From assembly GCA_963845185.1 (NCBI GenBank), contig CAWJRG010000005.1:448001-512000 (forward strand): 64,000 nt of DNA. Reading direction: 5' to 3'. The stretch is from an uncultured bacterium. GTDB lineage: Bacteria > Oederibacteriota > PGYV01 > CAWJRG01. Positions 59,620 to 64,000 of the stretch are shown here, piece by piece; within the stretch, counting starts at the first letter, position 1, and every line of letters starts with the position of its first letter. A model generated the notes under the pieces. The model did no database searches. It was not told the origin of the DNA and worked only from the letters and a program-made list of their open reading frames with translations. Position numbers and translations under genes: made by a program.

Positions 59620-60072
59620 TTATAAGCTTATCTTGTATCTTTTTTCTTCCCTTAAAAGGTCGCGTTTTTTTATGTCCTCGCGGTGGTCGTACTCTCTCTT
59701 GCCTTTCGCGAGGGCAATCTCGACCTTGACCCTGCCACCTTTAAAATACATTGAGAGCGGCACGAGTGTCAAGCCCTTTTTATTCATCTTGCCAATGAGC
59801 CTGTTTATTTCGCTTTTGTGCAGCAGGAGTTTCCTGTCGCGCACCGGGTTGTGGTTGTTTATGTTTCCGTGGGAATATTGCGATATGTGGCAGTTTATAA
59901 GGTACGCCTCGCCCTTGATTATCCTGGCGAAACTGTCTTTCAGGTTTACTTTGCCGTCCCTTATTGACTTTACTTCCGTGCCCTGCAGGGCAATCCCCGC
60001 CTCAAGACTCTCGAGTATCTCAAAATTATGGAAAGCTTTCCTGTTTTTTGTTGCTGCTTTCTTGTCTTCCAT
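59620..60072 (-). CDS. smpB: SsrA-binding protein
   Basis: NRKAFHNF, EAGIALQGTEVKSIR, RKLLLHK, AKGKREYD. Confidence 0.97.
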   Translation of the reverse strand: MEDKKAATKNRKAFHNFEILESLEAGIALQGTEVKSIRDGKVNLKDSFARIIKGEAYLINCHISQYSHGNINNHNPVRDRKLLLHKSEINRLIGKMNKKGLTLVPLSMYFKGGRVKVEIALAKGKREYDHREDIKKRDLLREEKRYKISL

Positions 60073-63000
60073 TATTTTATCACTACAATCTTTGTGAAAT
60101 ATTCCTTGTCCGAGACTTTAAGCACGCCGTAATAAACGCCGTTTAATACAACCTTGTGGATGTCGTTTAACCCGTCCCAGGAGTATTTATAAAGCTGCCC
60201 GCCCTGCTGCTGTTCGCTGTTTACGATAGTCTTGACTTTCCTGCTTATCGGGTCATATATGTCAAAAGAAACTTTGGCGCTGCCTGGCAAATAATACTGT
60301 ATGGTCGTCTGCTGGCTGCCTGCCCTGAACGGGTTCGGGAAATTGTAAAAACTTGACTTTATGTCCAGGGTCGTTACATTTATCGTGTCAGATACAAACG
60401 GGAACTGGTGTGTATTTGTGCTTATATAAAGCAGGCTACCATCGAGCTGCTCCATATTTAAATCAAGCGGGTTCTGTACCATCAGGTTAAATCCTGTATC
60501 CGGTGCCCCGCTTTTTATGTCGATTACTATCCTGTAAGTGGCGCTTGTCCCGGCAGCAATGCCTGTGCTGGAAGTGTTTGAAAGCGGGTCTATTGATATA
60601 AACTGGCTGTTAGCCGTGCCCCATGCTGTCTGGCTTATGACATTTCCGTTGTCGTCCGTCACGTAAACCGTGCTTATCCAGTTGTTGTTCGCGCCGTTTA
60701 CCGTAAGCGTCACGCCTGTTAATTTATAATTCGGGCCTGCCGGCGCGTTCGGGTTTGTAATTATCAGGTTCATGACGTTTATACCCTGCTGCCCAGGCGC
60801 GACCGTGTTGATGTTGTAATTATTGTAATCGGCTATTGCATAGCTTGTGGCGTTTCCCGTCACGGATATCGGGTCTGAAACAGCGTTTGGATAAACTCCG
60901 TTCTGTACGCCTGCCAGTATCTGGTAAACAAGGCCGGGTTTTGTAAAATATACAATGAACTGTGCCTGGCCGTTCACAAGATTTTTGTTTGCATTGGGTA
61001 TGTCTGTATAAGGAGCCTCTGCAGGATTAAAGCTGCTGATGTTTATTGAATTTTGCGCCTGCGTATAAACAGTCCAGTTGTTTTCTTCCACGCACAGGAC
61101 CGTAATGGTAACAGCGTGCCCTGCCTGCTGCATAAGAGGAGAACCTGTATATCCCGGCGCAAAATTAGCCAATGTTTCGCCGGGCGCCAGCACAAGCAGC
61201 GCTATAACCGGCGTATTTGTGACTGTTACAGTGGCTGTAATTGTTGGCGTGCCTGTAAAAGTGCAGGTACGCGTGTCTGTTTCTGTCAATGTTACTGTAA
61301 CTGTAAATGTAGCTGTATCTGTACAGGTATTTGTGGAAGTGGATGTAGGTGTCCATGTAGGCGTATTGGTCTGTGTATTTGTAAGGGTATAAGTCGGCGT
61401 CCATGTGCCGGTTGCTGTGAACGTCGGGCTTGATGTCGGCGTCCACGTAGGCGTTGCAGTTGATGTCGGGCTCGATGTCGGTGTCCACGTCGGTGTTGAT
61501 GTTGATGTCGGGCTCGATGTCGGCGTCCATGTCCCTGTTGCTGTTGAGGTCGGGCTCGATGTCGGCGTCCACGTAGGCGTCGCCGTGAAGGTCGGGCTCG
61601 ATGTCGATGTCCATGTGCCGGTTGCCGTGAACGTCGCGCTTTCCGTGACTGTCAATGTAGGTGTTACAGTTGATGTCGGGCTGGATGTCGACGTCCATGT
61701 GCCTGTTGCCGTTGATGTTGGAGTTGACATTATTACTTCCTGCGAATAGCCGTTTGCCGTCACTCCCCTGTCATCTGCCATGCCGTTTAAATGGCTCCAG
61801 TAAAATTTATTCCCGGCGTCGCTTGTACCGTTGAATGTTATTATGTCGAAATTCGGGTTACTTGATATGTTCCATGCCGTCAAATATGAAACATCTATCG
61901 TTGTTGCTCCTACGCTTACTGTCCCTCCATTCGCACTTACCGGCAAACCTGTTATTGTCACACTTGCAGGTATTTCAATGTCTACCTGTGTTATGGGGCC
62001 CTGCCCTGCAGCTAATACATAATAAGAATACGTCACCTGCGCTCCGCTTACTGCGGTATTGGGATGAACATATACATACGCTGCTGCAGTCGCAGTATTT
62101 GTCGGCGTCACTGTCGGCGTCACTGTCGGTGATGCTGTCGGTGTCCACGTGCCTGTCGCTGTGAACGTAGGGCTCGAAGTCGGCGTTCCTGTATTTGTTG
62201 TTGTAGATGTAGGGCTGGACGTCGTAGTCCATGTAGGCGTATTCGTCGGCGTCCATGTTGACGTTATTGTGAATGTCGTCGTCACTGTCCCCGTCTCGGT
62301 TATCGTAAATGTTGTTGTTATTGTCAGCGTATTCGTGGGTGAATAATTTGGCGAAATGGTGCTGGTAACCGAAATAGTGCTTGTCTGGGTTATTGTGGGC
62401 GACACTGTATTTGTAGCTGAAATTGTTGCTGTTTCTGTAGCTGTGTATGTAGACGTAATTGTACTGGTGATTGTAGGCGTCCATGTTTCTGTAACAGTAG
62501 AAGTCGGTGTTGATATTATTACTTCCTGCGAATGTCCTGATAATGTCACTCCCCTGTCATCCACCATATTGTTTAAATGGCTCCAGTAAAATTTGTTGCC
62601 GGCATCGCTTGTGCCGGTAAATGTTATTATGTCATCATTTGGATTGCTTAATGCGTTCCATGCAACTGCGTATAATACCTCTATTGTTGTACCCGTTATT
62701 ATTACTGACCCTCCATTTGTAGTTACGATCTCACTCGAAGGCGCTGTTATTGTCACGCTTGATGGTATTTCAATGTCCACTTGTGTTATTGGCCCTTGTC
62801 CTGCCGCTGAAACAATATATGAATACGAAACCGGCTGCCCACTCACAGCAGTGTTTGGCTGAATATATACATAAGCTGCTCCCATTGGCGTACTCGTCGG
62901 CGTCGCAGTAGGTGTTATTGTGGATGTCAGCGTCCATGTACCTGTTGCCGTGAACGTAGGGCTTGACGTCGGCGTCCATGTACCTGTTACTGTAAATGTC

Positions 63001-64000
63001 GGGCTTGATGTCGGCGTCCATGTACCTGTTACTGTAAATGTCGGGCTTGAAGTTGGCGTCCATGTAGGCGTTGTAGAGAATGTAGGGCTGGACGTCGGCG
63101 TATGTGTCAGTGTCCATGTTTGAGTTGTTGTGAACGTCGGGCTGAAAGTTGGTGTCCATGTTCCTGTTACTGTAAATGTCGGGCTTGATGTCGGTGTCCA
63201 TGTTGGTGTATTTGTCAATGTCCATGTTGGTGAACTAGTCGGCGTATTTGTCGGTGTATTCGTAGGTGTATTCGTGGGCGTACATGTTGATGTATTCGTC
63301 GGCGTCCATGTCGGTGAACTGGTCGGTGTATTTGTCGGTGTATTCGTAGGTGTCCATGTCGGTGAACTCGTCGGTGTATTTGTAGGAGTATTTGTTGGCG
63401 TCCATGTCGGTGTGTTTGTCGGCGTATTTGTAGGTGTGCTCGTCGGCGTCCACGTCGGCGTGAATGTAGGCGTTGTTGTGGATGTTGGTGTCGTGCACAT
63501 CACTGTCTGCGAATATCCGCCATTCGGCACAGGGCATGGGTTTCCGTTTACCGCACTTATGTATGTTTCGCTCGGACCGCCCGATATTGCGCTGAATATT
63601 ATTATATCAAAATTCGGGTTGCTTGTATCGTTCCATGCTGTACCGTATGTCACTGATATTGTATTCGCTCCCAAAACTACTGCCCCTCCATTATTGCTTG
63701 TTGGTGTGCCCCCTGTTACTGTTACGCCTCCGGGTATTGTTATTACAAGGCTCGTTATCGGCCCTTTACTTGCCGCGTCCACATAATAACTGTATGATAC
63801 CGTGTCTCCGTCAACTGCAACTGTCGGCTGGATATATGCGTATGCGAATGCCGTTGCCGTGTTTGTAGGCGTTGCTGTCGGCGTCACTGTATTTGTCGGC
63901 GTCCATGTCCCTGTTATCGTGAATGTCGGGCTCGATGTCGGCGTATTTGTAGGTGTACTTGTCGGCGTGCTTGTGGCCGTATTCGTCGGTGAACTGGTCG
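60072..64000 (-). CDS. Large Thr/Pro-rich secreted surface protein with repeated beta modules and FlgD-Ig/T9SS-like C-terminal domain (5' end outside window)
   Basis: Frame open to the window edge; TPTWTPT/TPTSSPT tracts; three AY.Y..P..AV.G..V.YSY modules; C-terminal YNFPNPF...IYD...WDG.N...NGVY...KIVVIK. Confidence 0.85.
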   Translation of the reverse strand, partial: TSSPTNTATSTPTSTPTNTPTSSPTFTITGTWTPTNTVTPTATPTNTATAFAYAYIQPTVAVDGDTVSYSYYVDAASKGPITSLVITIPGGVTVTGGTPTSNNGGAVVLGANTISVTYGTAWNDTSNPNFDIIIFSAISGGPSETYISAVNGNPCPVPNGGYSQTVMCTTPTSTTTPTFTPTWTPTSTPTNTPTNTPTWTPTNTPTNTPTSSPTWTPTNTPTNTPTSSPTWTPTNTSTCTPTNTPTNTPTNTPTSSPTWTLTNTPTWTPTSSPTFTVTGTWTPTFSPTFTTTQTWTLTHTPTSSPTFSTTPTWTPTSSPTFTVTGTWTPTSSPTFTVTGTWTPTSSPTFTATGTWTLTSTITPTATPTSTPMGAAYVYIQPNTAVSGQPVSYSYIVSAAGQGPITQVDIEIPSSVTITAPSSEIVTTNGGSVIITGTTIEVLYAVAWNALSNPNDDIITFTGTSDAGNKFYWSHLNNMVDDRGVTLSGHSQEVIISTPTSTVTETWTPTITSTITSTYTATETATISATNTVSPTITQTSTISVTSTISPNYSPTNTLTITTTFTITETGTVTTTFTITSTWTPTNTPTWTTTSSPTSTTTNTGTPTSSPTFTATGTWTPTASPTVTPTVTPTNTATAAAYVYVHPNTAVSGAQVTYSYYVLAAGQGPITQVDIEIPASVTITGLPVSANGGTVSVGATTIDVSYLTAWNISSNPNFDIITFNGTSDAGNKFYWSHLNGMADDRGVTANGYSQEVIMSTPTSTATGTWTSTSSPTSTVTPTLTVTESATFTATGTWTSTSSPTFTATPTWTPTSSPTSTATGTWTPTSSPTSTSTPTWTPTSSPTSTATPTWTPTSSPTFTATGTWTPTYTLTNTQTNTPTWTPTSTSTNTCTDTATFTVTVTLTETDTRTCTFTGTPTITATVTVTNTPVIALLVLAPGETLANFAPGYTGSPLMQQAGHAVTITVLCVEENNWTVYTQAQNSINISSFNPAEAPYTDIPNANKNLVNGQAQFIVYFTKPGLVYQILAGVQNGVYPNAVSDPISVTGNATSYAIADYNNYNINTVAPGQQGINVMNLIITNPNAPAGPNYKLTGVTLTVNGANNNWISTVYVTDDNGNVISQTAWGTANSQFISIDPLSNTSSTGIAAGTSATYRIVIDIKSGAPDTGFNLMVQNPLDLNMEQLDGSLLYISTNTHQFPFVSDTINVTTLDIKSSFYNFPNPFRAGSQQTTIQYYLPGSAKVSFDIYDPISRKVKTIVNSEQQQGGQLYKYSWDGLNDIHKVVLNGVYYGVLKVSDKEYFTKIVVIK

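Noticed and set aside
61053..63868. Val/Gly-rich and Asp/Tyr-rich ORFs in other frames
   Set aside because: By-products of the Thr/Pro codon repeats in the giant protein gene.

Overview
Bacterial chromosomal window from a diderm (Gram-negative-type) organism. Thr/Pro-rich giant surface proteins with a FlgD-Ig/T9SS-like C-terminal domain plus a PorV-like barrel suggest an uncultured lineage such as Ca. Goldbacteria, but that is inference only. Housekeeping blocks lie on the minus strand: recX-alaS-ruvX-mltG-pilB-rnr-porV-like-PP2C-hisDCBHAF, pyk, exbBD-tonB-two TonB receptors, and smpB-ssrA. Accessory DNA includes an EcoRV-like restriction-modification pair whose methylase tail is hit by an IS5-type element (TTAA duplication), an IS3 element splitting a DUF2723/TPR glycosyltransferase gene (ATT duplication), GTAG-type REP palindromes, and tmRNA-linked palindromic repeats. 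The two most notable observations are: (1) a 6.8-kb IS21-family element whose terminal repeat arrays enclose istA-istB plus a complete NikR-regulated nickel ECF uptake operon, i.e. a cargo-carrying single IS21; (2) the two frameshifts I found (ABC pair fusion, hisB split) are both a doubled A at the methylated position of GATATC, the predicted target of the encoded EcoRV-like methylase.
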